DNA of 64,000 nt. It comes from Verrucomicrobiia bacterium. GTDB lineage: Bacteria; Verrucomicrobiota; Verrucomicrobiia; Limisphaerales; UBA1319. The notes under the pieces are model-generated. The model was not told where the DNA came from. It did not search any database and was given only the letters and a program-made list of their open reading frames with translations. Location of the stretch: assembly GCA_963664225.1 (NCBI GenBank), contig OY760937.1, positions 5,120,001 to 5,184,000 of the forward strand, in the 5' to 3' direction. Numbering within the stretch: the first letter of the stretch is position 1; each line of letters opens with the position of its first letter. Shown one piece after another: positions 45,199-54,452 of the stretch. A program made the translations under genes and the position numbers.

Positions 45199-45759
45199 AT
45201 GCAGTTCCTGGTGTTCCTGTCGATGGCCATTGGGGGGCTAATATGTCTTGGTTTTGCGGCCATTTTTGGAGGACACCACGATGGCGAAATGGGACACGAT
45301 ATCGGCCATGTGGATCATGCCGGTGATCATGCCAGCGAACATGGCACTGGCCCGTCTTTTTTGTCGCCAAGGGTGTTTCTGGCGTTCCTGACGGGTTTCG
45401 GTGTGGCCGGAGCCATTGCCACGGTATATGGAGCGGGTCCCGGCCTGGCGACCGGCATCGGCTTTATTCCCGGTTTGGTCATGGCAATCCTTGCATGGTT
45501 TGTCGCATATTACCTTTTCAAGGAGCAGGTCAACTCCAGCATTCGTCCGGGACAGGTCGTCGGTTCCATCGGAACCGTTGTCACAGCGATTCAGGCTGGT
45601 GGTCTCGGCGAAATCAATGTTTCGGTGAATGGCCAGATTGTGCCGTACACGGCCGTGGCCGAAGATGGTGAAACTCCTTTTCGGGTTGGAACCCGCGTCA
45701 AAGTGATCCGTGACCTTGGCGACAAAGTTTCGGTAATCAAGGAGACGGGTGGCATTTAA
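45199..45759 (+). CDS. NfeD-like membrane protein with His-rich loop
   Basis: TM helices, FLTGFGVAG, C-terminal OB-fold-like GTVVTAI...GLGEI...GTRVKV; precedes flotillin. Confidence 0.8.
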   Translation: MQFLVFLSMAIGGLICLGFAAIFGGHHDGEMGHDIGHVDHAGDHASEHGTGPSFLSPRVFLAFLTGFGVAGAIATVYGAGPGLATGIGFIPGLVMAILAWFVAYYLFKEQVNSSIRPGQVVGSIGTVVTAIQAGGLGEINVSVNGQIVPYTAVAEDGETPFRVGTRVKVIRDLGDKVSVIKETGGI

Positions 45760-45818
45760 GGTGACGGCACCAAGGCACCGTGAAACGCAAAGGGAATTAA
45801 AACAGCGAAAGGAAGACT

Positions 45819-47654
45819 ATGATCATTCATTCAATGTTGGCGGAAATAAATTACGCCAGGGCGGTTGTTCCAGCGCTAATTGTGGGGTTTTTCATTGGCA
45901 TGCTCTTCATCGTGTGGGCCATGACCAAGCGCTACAGGCGCATTCCCCCGAATGCAATTGGCGTCATCTATGGCAAACGCCGCACTCAGATTACCGGTCC
46001 TGACGGCCAGAAATCGGAAGTGGGCTTCAAATTGGTATCCGGCGGCGCGGTCTTCATTTGGCCGATCGTTGAGGAATACGCGGAAATGTCCACCGAAGCG
46101 TTTCAGATTGAAATCAGTGAGGATAATATCCCATCGAAGAAAAACGTTGGCGTCACTGTCTCGGGTGTCGCCACCTGTCGCATTTCTCCGATTCCCGAAG
46201 AGCAGATGAACGCCGTTCAAAACTTCCTGGGAAAAACGTTGGAGGAAATCAAGGGGATGATCGGTCAGATTCTCCGTGGTCACTTGCGTTCGATTGTCGG
46301 TGGTCTCGAAGTCGAGGAACTGCTGCGCGAACGATCCAAGTTTAACGAGATGGTCGTCAAGGAATGCTCGCCCGAACTCTCCCGCATGGGCATCCGGATT
46401 CTGACTCTGGTCATTCAGGATGTTAAGGACAAGGAGGGCTACATTGATGCCCTTGGAAAACAGGCGGTCGCCATCGCCAAGCGGGATGCGCAAATTGCCA
46501 CCGCCGAGGCGGAGCGGGAAACGAAGGTCAAGACCAGCGATGCCATACGCACGGCAGCCGAGGTCACGGCGCAAAACGATGCCTTGATCAAGGAGGCGGA
46601 AAAGAAGCGCGACATTCAAGTGGCTCAATTCCGGTTGGAGACGGCCACCAAGCAGGCTGAAGCGGACATGGCAGGCCCCCAGGCCAAAACCAGGCAGGAG
46701 CAAATCCTCGCAGTCCTGGAAGCCCAGAGGGACAGTGCCGCCACCGAAGCTCGCACGAAAGTGCAGGAACTCGAGGCGCAGCGCAAACAGAAGGAATTGG
46801 AGGCAACCACCATTGTCACCGCCCAGGCCACAGCGAAAGCTTCAGTCATCAAATCCGAGGGAGAACGCAGCGCCGCGACGGTTCAGGCCGAAGCGCGCAA
46901 AAAAGTCGCCGAGCTTAATGCCGATACCGCCCGGCTTGAAGCCGAGGGACATCGCAACGCCCTCATTCTTGAGGGCGAAGGCGAGGGAAAGAAGCTTCAA
47001 ACCATAGCCGAGGCCCAGGCCATTGCCACGCAAAAGACGAAGACTGCGGAAGCCGAGGGCGAACGTGCCAGCCTGCTGGCCCAGGCGGATGGAACTAAAG
47101 CGGCCAGACTGGCCGAGGCGGCCGGTCGTGAACAATTCCTTCTCGCGGAAGCCAAAGGGAAGCAAAGCATGCTTCTGGCTGAGGCGGATGGTGCTGATAA
47201 AATGGCCGAGGCCATGAAAAAATTGTCCGAACAGGGCAAATTGATCCTGGTTCTCGATCGTCTGCCCCACCTGCTCGAAGTCGGCGGCGAAGCGGGGCAG
47301 AAGATCGCCAAGGCGGTTTTCGATCCCATCGGCGTGGGTGTCAGCAAAATCGGCAATGTGACCATCACCGATCTCGGCGGCGGCAACACGGCGAAGAATG
47401 GCTTGTCCGCCATTGGGAACCTCGTTCCTCAAATCGTGGTGGACTTCTTCACGCAGGCGAAAGCGCGTGGCATAGATCTCACGGAGCTTCTCAAGGCTTT
47501 GAAGATGGATCCGGCCCAATTGACCAGCATGCTCAATCCAACCGCGGAATCACAGCTTCCAACAGATGGTGCTGCTGAGGCTGCGGACTCTGCGAATCGG
47601 ACTTCGGCACACAAGAGTGCCGGCGGCAACGCCACAAGCACCGAGGCCAATTAG
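45819..47654 (+). CDS. Flotillin/SPFH domain protein
   Basis: N-term TM, GGAVFIWP, GHLRSIVG, IQDVKD, YIDALGK, long AEA-rich coiled coil. Confidence 0.92.
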   Translation: MIIHSMLAEINYARAVVPALIVGFFIGMLFIVWAMTKRYRRIPPNAIGVIYGKRRTQITGPDGQKSEVGFKLVSGGAVFIWPIVEEYAEMSTEAFQIEISEDNIPSKKNVGVTVSGVATCRISPIPEEQMNAVQNFLGKTLEEIKGMIGQILRGHLRSIVGGLEVEELLRERSKFNEMVVKECSPELSRMGIRILTLVIQDVKDKEGYIDALGKQAVAIAKRDAQIATAEAERETKVKTSDAIRTAAEVTAQNDALIKEAEKKRDIQVAQFRLETATKQAEADMAGPQAKTRQEQILAVLEAQRDSAATEARTKVQELEAQRKQKELEATTIVTAQATAKASVIKSEGERSAATVQAEARKKVAELNADTARLEAEGHRNALILEGEGEGKKLQTIAEAQAIATQKTKTAEAEGERASLLAQADGTKAARLAEAAGREQFLLAEAKGKQSMLLAEADGADKMAEAMKKLSEQGKLILVLDRLPHLLEVGGEAGQKIAKAVFDPIGVGVSKIGNVTITDLGGGNTAKNGLSAIGNLVPQIVVDFFTQAKARGIDLTELLKALKMDPAQLTSMLNPTAESQLPTDGAAEAADSANRTSAHKSAGGNATSTEAN

Positions 47655-47677
47655 CTCCGATCCAACGTTCATAATTC

Positions 47678-47713
47678 AAACCGGCTGTCGTGAAATGACG
47701 CAGCCGGTTTTTT
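47678..47713 (+). terminator. Rho-independent terminator after flotillin
   Basis: AAACCGGCTG/CAGCCGGTTT stem followed by T-run. Confidence 0.8.
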
Positions 47714-47806
47714 ATGAAGTTTGGAAACGGATATCCTCAGAACTTTTTCTGCCAATTTGAAATACTTTGTCACGTCTTCGCACTTTTCAACCACTGATGC
47801 GACGAT

Positions 47807-50011
47807 ATGATGATAGCCAGAATGACTCCCGAGGCCACCAGTGAGGATGCGGAATTGGTCAACGCCAGCCTCGCGGGCAATCGCGAGGCGTTCGGACAGA
47901 TTGTTTCGCGCTATCAGTCGCTCGTCTGTTCGCTGGCTTACAGCGCCACTGGCAGTCTAAGCCACAGTGAAGATCTGGCGCAGGAAACCTTTCTCACCGC
48001 GTGGAAACACCTGGCCGAATTGCGCGAACCGGCGAAGCTGCGCGCGTGGCTTTGCGGGATCGCGCGCAATCTCATCAATAGTTCGCTGCGAACACAAGTA
48101 CGCGAGCCAAGCCATCGCGCCGAATCGCTGGATGTAATCACCGAATCGCATTCGCCTGAACCATCGCCCGTCGAACGCGCCATCAGCCAGGAGGAGGCGG
48201 ATATTCTGTGGCGCTCGCTGGAGCGGATTCCGGAAAACTATCGTGTGCCGCTCGTCCTGTTTTATCGGGAACACCAATCCGTCGAAGCCGTTGCTCAAAA
48301 TCTGGAATTGGAGGAGGACGCGGTGAGACAGCGCCTGTCGCGCGGGCGAAAACTGCTGCAGGAGGAAATACTGGCATTTGTGGAAGGCGCGCTGGAAAAG
48401 ACTTCGCCGGGCAGGACGTTCACCCTGGCGGTAGTCGCCGCGCTGCCGATCGGTGTCACTTCGGCCACAGCGGCAACGGCCAGTGTCGCCGTGGCCAAAG
48501 GCGTGACGGGTGCAAAAAGCACCTTTGCGCTGGGCGCGTTGGTCGGATTGATGGCGATGCTGGGGGGTATTGCGTTCTCATGGAAGACAGCCGTGGAGGA
48601 CTCAAAATCTCTGCGCGAAAGACGCTTCATGGTCCGAATGGGCTGCTTTCAGCTCGCTTTTTTCGTGGTTTCGATGGGAGCGGCCATGTATTTGCTTCCG
48701 AAACTTTCCGAGCGGCCTTGGACTTTCGGCCTCTTTCTGGCTTTGCTGATTGCAGCCAACGTCGTCAACGGGGTTGTTGTGCTTACCTATATGGTCCGCA
48801 GGCGGCTGGAAATCGGCATGGAAGAGGGCACATGGACCGAGTCGCTTGCGGGTGGACCGGATAATGTGAACAGGCCCAAAGCGGTTCGCAGGGCATTCAA
48901 ATTGACGATTCCATTTCTGATCATGCTGGCGGGCATGGTTGTCGCGCTGCCGTGGAAACAGCATTGGATCAGAAGCGCCATCGTGACGGGGGCGGACGTT
49001 CTGATCATCCTTTGGTTTTTTCGCCGGACTCTGCGGCAACTGTGTTTCCAGAATCAGCCGCGCCTGAAATCCAAGCTTCCGGAGTTTATGCAAAACCCTT
49101 TCATCAAGCTTTCCTTCATGCTCTTTATCACCATGCTCGTCGCGGGTGTTGGTGGAATTCTGCTGCCGTTTTTTCTGAATCCCGAGGCGATGAAATCGGG
49201 TATCCCTGTTGCGACATGGCTGCGTCCGTTTGGCCTCTATTTTTTGGTCGCCGTCCTCGTCTATGTCATCGTGGCCCTGATCTTCTTTCGACGGCGCCAA
49301 ATCCTCCCGAACTGGAAATGGCTCGCCGGCAAGTTGGACATGCCGTTTTTGAATCAACTTCAGGCAATGACCCAGGGACCGGACGCCGTCTTCAAGAAGA
49401 CTTATGCGCCGCTCTTCCAGCAACTCAATCTTGGGCAGGACCAACGCGTTCAATTGAAGGATTTGGTCCTTAAGCGGACCATGGTCGGCGTTCGCGTGGG
49501 CATGACCCTGATGAATTCGAAGCTCGACGCGGCAAAGCGCACCGAACTCGCACAGGAAACCAAACGCGAAACCGATGGTTGGAATACGAAGATCAAGGAA
49601 TACTTGGGCGCGGAGAATTATGCGCAGTTTCAGCAATTCGAAAAGACAGTTCCCGACCGGACGATGCTCAATATGTTCGCCAAACGGTGTGACAAAACCG
49701 CTACAGCATTAAGTCCGGAGCAACAGGCGCAACTGCTGCAGGCGCTGACGCAGGCTCGCGAGGAATACCCATGGACCACGGAGTTAAGCCGTCGGAACCA
49801 GAACGCCGGCGATTACGAAGGGTTGTTCACGGAAGCCAATATGAGCACCTTCGCATTGGAGGAGGAGCAGTTCGACCGCCAATTTCTCGCACAGGCACAA
49901 CTGATTCTGAACCCGGAACAACTCGCGGCGTTTGAAAAACACCAGCAACGTCAGCGCCAATCCCAGGTTGCCCAATTCAAAATGGCCGCAAAACTGTTCG
50001 TGCCAAAATGA
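47807..50011 (+). CDS. ECF sigma-70 factor with long multi-TM C-terminal extension
   Basis: Region 2 EDLAQETFLTAW, AWLCGIARN; region 4 LVLFYRE...VRQRLSRGR; about 7 hydrophobic helices, then a helical soluble domain. Confidence 0.88.
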   Translation: MMIARMTPEATSEDAELVNASLAGNREAFGQIVSRYQSLVCSLAYSATGSLSHSEDLAQETFLTAWKHLAELREPAKLRAWLCGIARNLINSSLRTQVREPSHRAESLDVITESHSPEPSPVERAISQEEADILWRSLERIPENYRVPLVLFYREHQSVEAVAQNLELEEDAVRQRLSRGRKLLQEEILAFVEGALEKTSPGRTFTLAVVAALPIGVTSATAATASVAVAKGVTGAKSTFALGALVGLMAMLGGIAFSWKTAVEDSKSLRERRFMVRMGCFQLAFFVVSMGAAMYLLPKLSERPWTFGLFLALLIAANVVNGVVVLTYMVRRRLEIGMEEGTWTESLAGGPDNVNRPKAVRRAFKLTIPFLIMLAGMVVALPWKQHWIRSAIVTGADVLIILWFFRRTLRQLCFQNQPRLKSKLPEFMQNPFIKLSFMLFITMLVAGVGGILLPFFLNPEAMKSGIPVATWLRPFGLYFLVAVLVYVIVALIFFRRRQILPNWKWLAGKLDMPFLNQLQAMTQGPDAVFKKTYAPLFQQLNLGQDQRVQLKDLVLKRTMVGVRVGMTLMNSKLDAAKRTELAQETKRETDGWNTKIKEYLGAENYAQFQQFEKTVPDRTMLNMFAKRCDKTATALSPEQQAQLLQALTQAREEYPWTTELSRRNQNAGDYEGLFTEANMSTFALEEEQFDRQFLAQAQLILNPEQLAAFEKHQQRQRQSQVAQFKMAAKLFVPK

Positions 50012-50051
50012 CGGGGAACGGTTTGCCATCACGCGGCAAAACTGGAATGCG

Positions 50052-52916
50052 TTATTTCGCCACTTTGCCTGGGTCATCCCATCGCACGGTGCGCAGCTCA
50101 TACGGATGCAGTGAGAGTTCCAGTTTATCACCTTGCAAGGGCAGGGGACTGCCGGTCACGGCATTATAAGGCGTGCCGGAATTCAACAGACGGATTTTGA
50201 TGCCGTTCTTTTGTTTGCTGCTCGTGTTCACCACCGCCATCCATGCGCCTTGCTGCTCCGTGCGGATGACGCGCACAGCGATGTCGTTGTCGTCGCAGGC
50301 GTCCGTGATTCTCTTGCTGGGCAATGCGGGCAATGCGAGATAATTGGCGTTGAACTCCCGCACGTAGATGGGAAAGCCGCGTCCGAGATTGTTGCCGAGC
50401 AGGTAGCCCAGCATGCTTGGATCGCCATTGGCCATGGCCAGCGCCTCGGCCATCATGCAGGCGGGGCCGGCCCGTTCGAAATCGGCCACGAAATAGCCAA
50501 GCTTTTCCCCGTCCCTGGTATCGAACATCATGTTTTCGTTCAGTGAATAATGCCGCACAAGTGCCAAACCCGCAGGACCGCGAAAGGCATCGAATGTCGC
50601 AGACGATTTCACCGTGTAGCTTCGATTAAAGCAATGGGTCATGAGCACTCCGGGCGTCTCACGGTAGCGTGCGGGATCGGCGGGTGGATTGCCGTGATTG
50701 ATCTCCCATGCGCCCCAATTGAGCGGCGCTGCCTGCAGGGCCTCCAGATACAGATTCCCATCCAGGACACTTTGCACACTGATCGGCCGGATGGCTTTGC
50801 CGTCCACGATTTGACCCGGTGCATTGAGTATGCCGCGCCAGCCTTCCACATCGTCGGTCACCAGTTTCTTTTCCCAGGTTGGAAAGGCCGGACCCGGCTC
50901 GCCCGCTTCAGCGGTAAACAGCACCGCAGCCTCCGGGAGACCATTGGCGCGCAGATAATCGCGAATGGCGGCGAGAAATTCGCGGCGTTTTCCAAACCAC
51001 CACGCCTCGTATCGCTCCAGCAACTTTTTGTCGGCGATGAGTTCGGCGCGCGTCACTGCATGGCCGTCGTTTCCTTCCCGGGCAAACCGTCCGCGCGTTG
51101 ACTCGCCAAAGCCCATCGGCAATTGCCAGCGCGGCCGCAGCCAGATGCCGTCGAAGCGGCACTTGTCTTTGAGCCGGACCACGGTGACATCGAGCATCTT
51201 CTGGAAATCCGCCAGTGTATCCGGATCGGTGATGTCCGCGTTCGCACTTTCGACCCACGAAATGGCTGTAAACGCATCGTCGCGTGTGAGCGGCTGGCAG
51301 CGGCGCTCGTAACCCAGACCCCGGCCTCCCTTGCTTCCCGCGTATTCGTAATACGGCATCAACTCAAGACCGCAGTCGCCCATCAGCGAAACTATCTGCT
51401 CCCACAAATCCTTCGTGCCCGAGGCGAAATGGATCCAGTCGTTTCCGCCGTGGGGCGTCGGATCCCAGTGCTGGCACGCGCCAAATTCCAAGAGGTCCTT
51501 GCTGAAGGTGTTCATGCCCAGAAACCGCATCTGGTTTGCCTTGTAGCGATACCAGTCGAGGCGTTCTTTAACACCGCGCTCCGTGAGTTTGTCGCTCTCA
51601 ATGACTCCATCAGCCATTTCTTCGCGCCAGGTAATATGACGTCGCGGGAGTGGCTCTGGCGGCAATCGAAGCGGTTGGGTGAGCGCCGTTTTATTGGGAA
51701 CTTCCAGCAGTCGGATGCGCGACACCGCCGCTCCATGTGACGTGGGATCGTTCGGCGCGGAGAATTGCGCGATCACCACATCAAAGCCGTCCTCGATGCC
51801 CAACTTGCGTTCCCCGGGTCCTCGAATGAAGGCGAGATCAGGGAAGCGATCATGAAGGTTAAAATAAAGCGACCAGGTTTCATGGCCCCCGGAAAGCGGA
51901 ATTTGCAACGACTCGGGATTGCCGTTCACATACTTGGCGTTAAGGGCGTCGCCGATGGTGTTACCGGTATGAAACCCACGCGATGTCTCGTTTCCGCCGT
52001 TCATCACCACATAACTGCGCGGTTGATCCTCTGGATATTCGACCGCCAGCACATACGCCGCGCCCGGTTTGAGAAGTTTCCACTGGCCGATGCGAAACGC
52101 CATGTAGCTGCTCTGGTTGGTGGCCGGTTGCAGCACCCGGTAGGGGCGACCCAGAATTGTTTCGACACGGCTTGCGCCAGCCGGGTTCTCGCGAAACAAA
52201 TGCCCCGGCGCCGCACTCCCACAATCCACCTCATCCACCACCTGAACACGACCGAACGGGGGCATTTCCACCCACGGCCGTCGCGCGACTTCCTCCCTTG
52301 CTTTCGCCAGTGCCGCTTCACGTTCCGCGCGCGCGGCAGCCTCAGCGGCCAATTGCGCCTGACGTTTTTGGAAACCCTCAGGGGTGAATTCGTACACGGC
52401 CAACCCGGTGAAATTTGCCCCGGCCGATTCCAGTTCAATCCTCAAATAACGTGATGTAACTTCAAGGGGGCAATGCACCCATTGCTGATAAAGACCACAA
52501 TCGTTTGTGAGAACCTTTTTCCAATTCCCCGGTTCGCCGGTCGCCACAGTCCAAACGCCTGTGCCGTGCGTGTCATAAAACCACAGGGAGGACAGGTGCC
52601 GCGTCTGCCCCAGGTCGAGCGTGGCACTAAAGGGAAATTGGTTCCAATACTGTGCCGAAATGTTCCATCCTCGCCCTCCATGCTTTGGCGCGGCATTGGT
52701 GGTGCCGGGAGTGAAATCCTGTTCCTCGCAAAAACCCGAGAAATCCGCCTGCTCCGAACTGCTGCGGATCATTTGTGGCATCAGCGGAATCCTCGCCTCC
52801 TGGGCATAAAGACTGCTCGTGGCCAGCACGTTGACCACAATGGCCAGACTGGCCAGCATGGGCCAACTGCAATTTTGCCAATTTGACATGGGCGGAATGT
52901 ATGGCAGGCGCGGCAT
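50052..52916 (-). CDS. Large hypothetical secreted protein (discoidin-like N-terminal domain, possible glycoside-hydrolase-like core)
   Basis: 954-aa ORF; signal-like N-term; TLDLGQ...SRYLRIEL resembles F5/8 type C; remainder unassigned. Confidence 0.6.
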   Translation of the reverse strand: MPRLPYIPPMSNWQNCSWPMLASLAIVVNVLATSSLYAQEARIPLMPQMIRSSSEQADFSGFCEEQDFTPGTTNAAPKHGGRGWNISAQYWNQFPFSATLDLGQTRHLSSLWFYDTHGTGVWTVATGEPGNWKKVLTNDCGLYQQWVHCPLEVTSRYLRIELESAGANFTGLAVYEFTPEGFQKRQAQLAAEAAARAEREAALAKAREEVARRPWVEMPPFGRVQVVDEVDCGSAAPGHLFRENPAGASRVETILGRPYRVLQPATNQSSYMAFRIGQWKLLKPGAAYVLAVEYPEDQPRSYVVMNGGNETSRGFHTGNTIGDALNAKYVNGNPESLQIPLSGGHETWSLYFNLHDRFPDLAFIRGPGERKLGIEDGFDVVIAQFSAPNDPTSHGAAVSRIRLLEVPNKTALTQPLRLPPEPLPRRHITWREEMADGVIESDKLTERGVKERLDWYRYKANQMRFLGMNTFSKDLLEFGACQHWDPTPHGGNDWIHFASGTKDLWEQIVSLMGDCGLELMPYYEYAGSKGGRGLGYERRCQPLTRDDAFTAISWVESANADITDPDTLADFQKMLDVTVVRLKDKCRFDGIWLRPRWQLPMGFGESTRGRFAREGNDGHAVTRAELIADKKLLERYEAWWFGKRREFLAAIRDYLRANGLPEAAVLFTAEAGEPGPAFPTWEKKLVTDDVEGWRGILNAPGQIVDGKAIRPISVQSVLDGNLYLEALQAAPLNWGAWEINHGNPPADPARYRETPGVLMTHCFNRSYTVKSSATFDAFRGPAGLALVRHYSLNENMMFDTRDGEKLGYFVADFERAGPACMMAEALAMANGDPSMLGYLLGNNLGRGFPIYVREFNANYLALPALPSKRITDACDDNDIAVRVIRTEQQGAWMAVVNTSSKQKNGIKIRLLNSGTPYNAVTGSPLPLQGDKLELSLHPYELRTVRWDDPGKVAK

Positions 52917-53036
52917 GGGTGAGAATCTCTTTTTGCACCTTTTCCATTCATGGCCATTTTGTTACGCATATTTCTTTAAGGTGGAAAGCGAAGGATTTTG
53001 AGCTTAGTATGAAGCTTGAAATTGAACAGGATGGGC

Positions 53037-54452
53037 ATGATTAATAAAAGACGTTTCATGTTGCTGCAGCGCAATTGTCTGCTTCAGGCAGGAGCATTCT
53101 TTTTGTGGCTCACGATTTCCGCCGCCACGGCTGCAAGTTCATTGGTATGGAGCAACACCCAAAAACGTGTCGATGCCGATATCAACGGCTGGAGCCTTGA
53201 GCACGTATTGGAGCAGATCGCGGGAGCGACCGGCTGGCAGGTTTTTGTGGAACCGGACTCAGGCAAAACCGTTTCGCTCAAGTTTCGCAATTTGCCTGTG
53301 GATGAAGCGATGAGCAGGCTTTTGGAGGGCATGAATTTCGCGCTGCTGCCTCAAACCAATGCCAGTTCCAAGCTGTTCGTTTTTAGCAAATCCATTAACG
53401 AAGCCACGCTCAGGGTGAAGCCCGCGGAAAATGCCAGCTTCAAACCATCTGGCACCAACGCCATTCCCAACGAATTGATCGTCACGCTCAAGCCGGGATC
53501 CAAGCAGTCGATTGACGAATTGGCCCGTTTGTTGGGCGCAAAGGTCACGGGTCGGATCGACGAACTGGGCGCCTATAAGCTGCAGTTCAACAGCGAAGCC
53601 GATGCCACGGCCGCGCGCAGATTGCTCGCAGGCAATCCCGATGTTTCTGGCGTGGAATCCAATTACTCCATTGCACGGCCCACTCGCGCCGATGCCCTTT
53701 CGATGAGCGGATCGCTTGCCGGGAATTTGCAGCCAGCCAAGTCTGGGAACCAGTTTATCATTGGAATCGTGGATACCGGGATTCAAGCCCAGGAACCGAG
53801 CATCAGCAAGTTTCTGCTGCCCGGAGTCTCTTTGGCGGGGGATACGACGCTGCCCACGGATACCCCTACGCACGCGACCATGATGGCTGAGACGATCTTG
53901 AACGGAATATCGCAAATCATGGGCGGTTCCGGTGGCGAGGTGCCGGTGAAAATTTACAGCGTGAATGTTTTCGGCAACAACGAATCGACCACGACTTTCG
54001 ATGTTGCCAATGGGATTCTTGCTGCGTTGAGGGCGGGTGCCAGTGTCATTAATGTCAGTCTGGCGGGTCCTGGAGACAGCCCGGTGCTGCAAAGGGTGAC
54101 GGATATGGTTCATCAGCAGGGCGGATTGGTGGTTGCCGCCGCTGGAAATGACCCGACCGGCCAACCGGTGTATCCCGGGGCGGATCCGAACGTACTGGCG
54201 GTTACCGCTGGCGATCGGAATGGAAATCTGGCGTCTTACGCGAATTGGGCCCCTTTTGTGGATATCATTGCCCCCGGCAACAACATTGTGAGCTTCGACA
54301 ACAAACATTATCTGGTGTCCGGCACCTCGGTTTCCACAGCCTATGTGAGCGGTTATGCCGCGGGATTGACTTTTAAGAACGGATCTTCGCTTGCTTCCGC
54401 CGTGACTGAAATCAAGAGTCGCTTGTCAACGGCTGCGAAAAGCTCATTTTAA
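53037..54452 (+). CDS. S8 subtilisin-like serine protease with N-terminal STN-like domain and propeptide
   Basis: Triad IVDTG (D), THAT (H), GTSVST (S), oxyanion AAAGN; signal peptide; start uncertain (53016-53037). Confidence 0.85.
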   Translation: MINKRRFMLLQRNCLLQAGAFFLWLTISAATAASSLVWSNTQKRVDADINGWSLEHVLEQIAGATGWQVFVEPDSGKTVSLKFRNLPVDEAMSRLLEGMNFALLPQTNASSKLFVFSKSINEATLRVKPAENASFKPSGTNAIPNELIVTLKPGSKQSIDELARLLGAKVTGRIDELGAYKLQFNSEADATAARRLLAGNPDVSGVESNYSIARPTRADALSMSGSLAGNLQPAKSGNQFIIGIVDTGIQAQEPSISKFLLPGVSLAGDTTLPTDTPTHATMMAETILNGISQIMGGSGGEVPVKIYSVNVFGNNESTTTFDVANGILAALRAGASVINVSLAGPGDSPVLQRVTDMVHQQGGLVVAAAGNDPTGQPVYPGADPNVLAVTAGDRNGNLASYANWAPFVDIIAPGNNIVSFDNKHYLVSGTSVSTAYVSGYAAGLTFKNGSSLASAVTEIKSRLSTAAKSSF

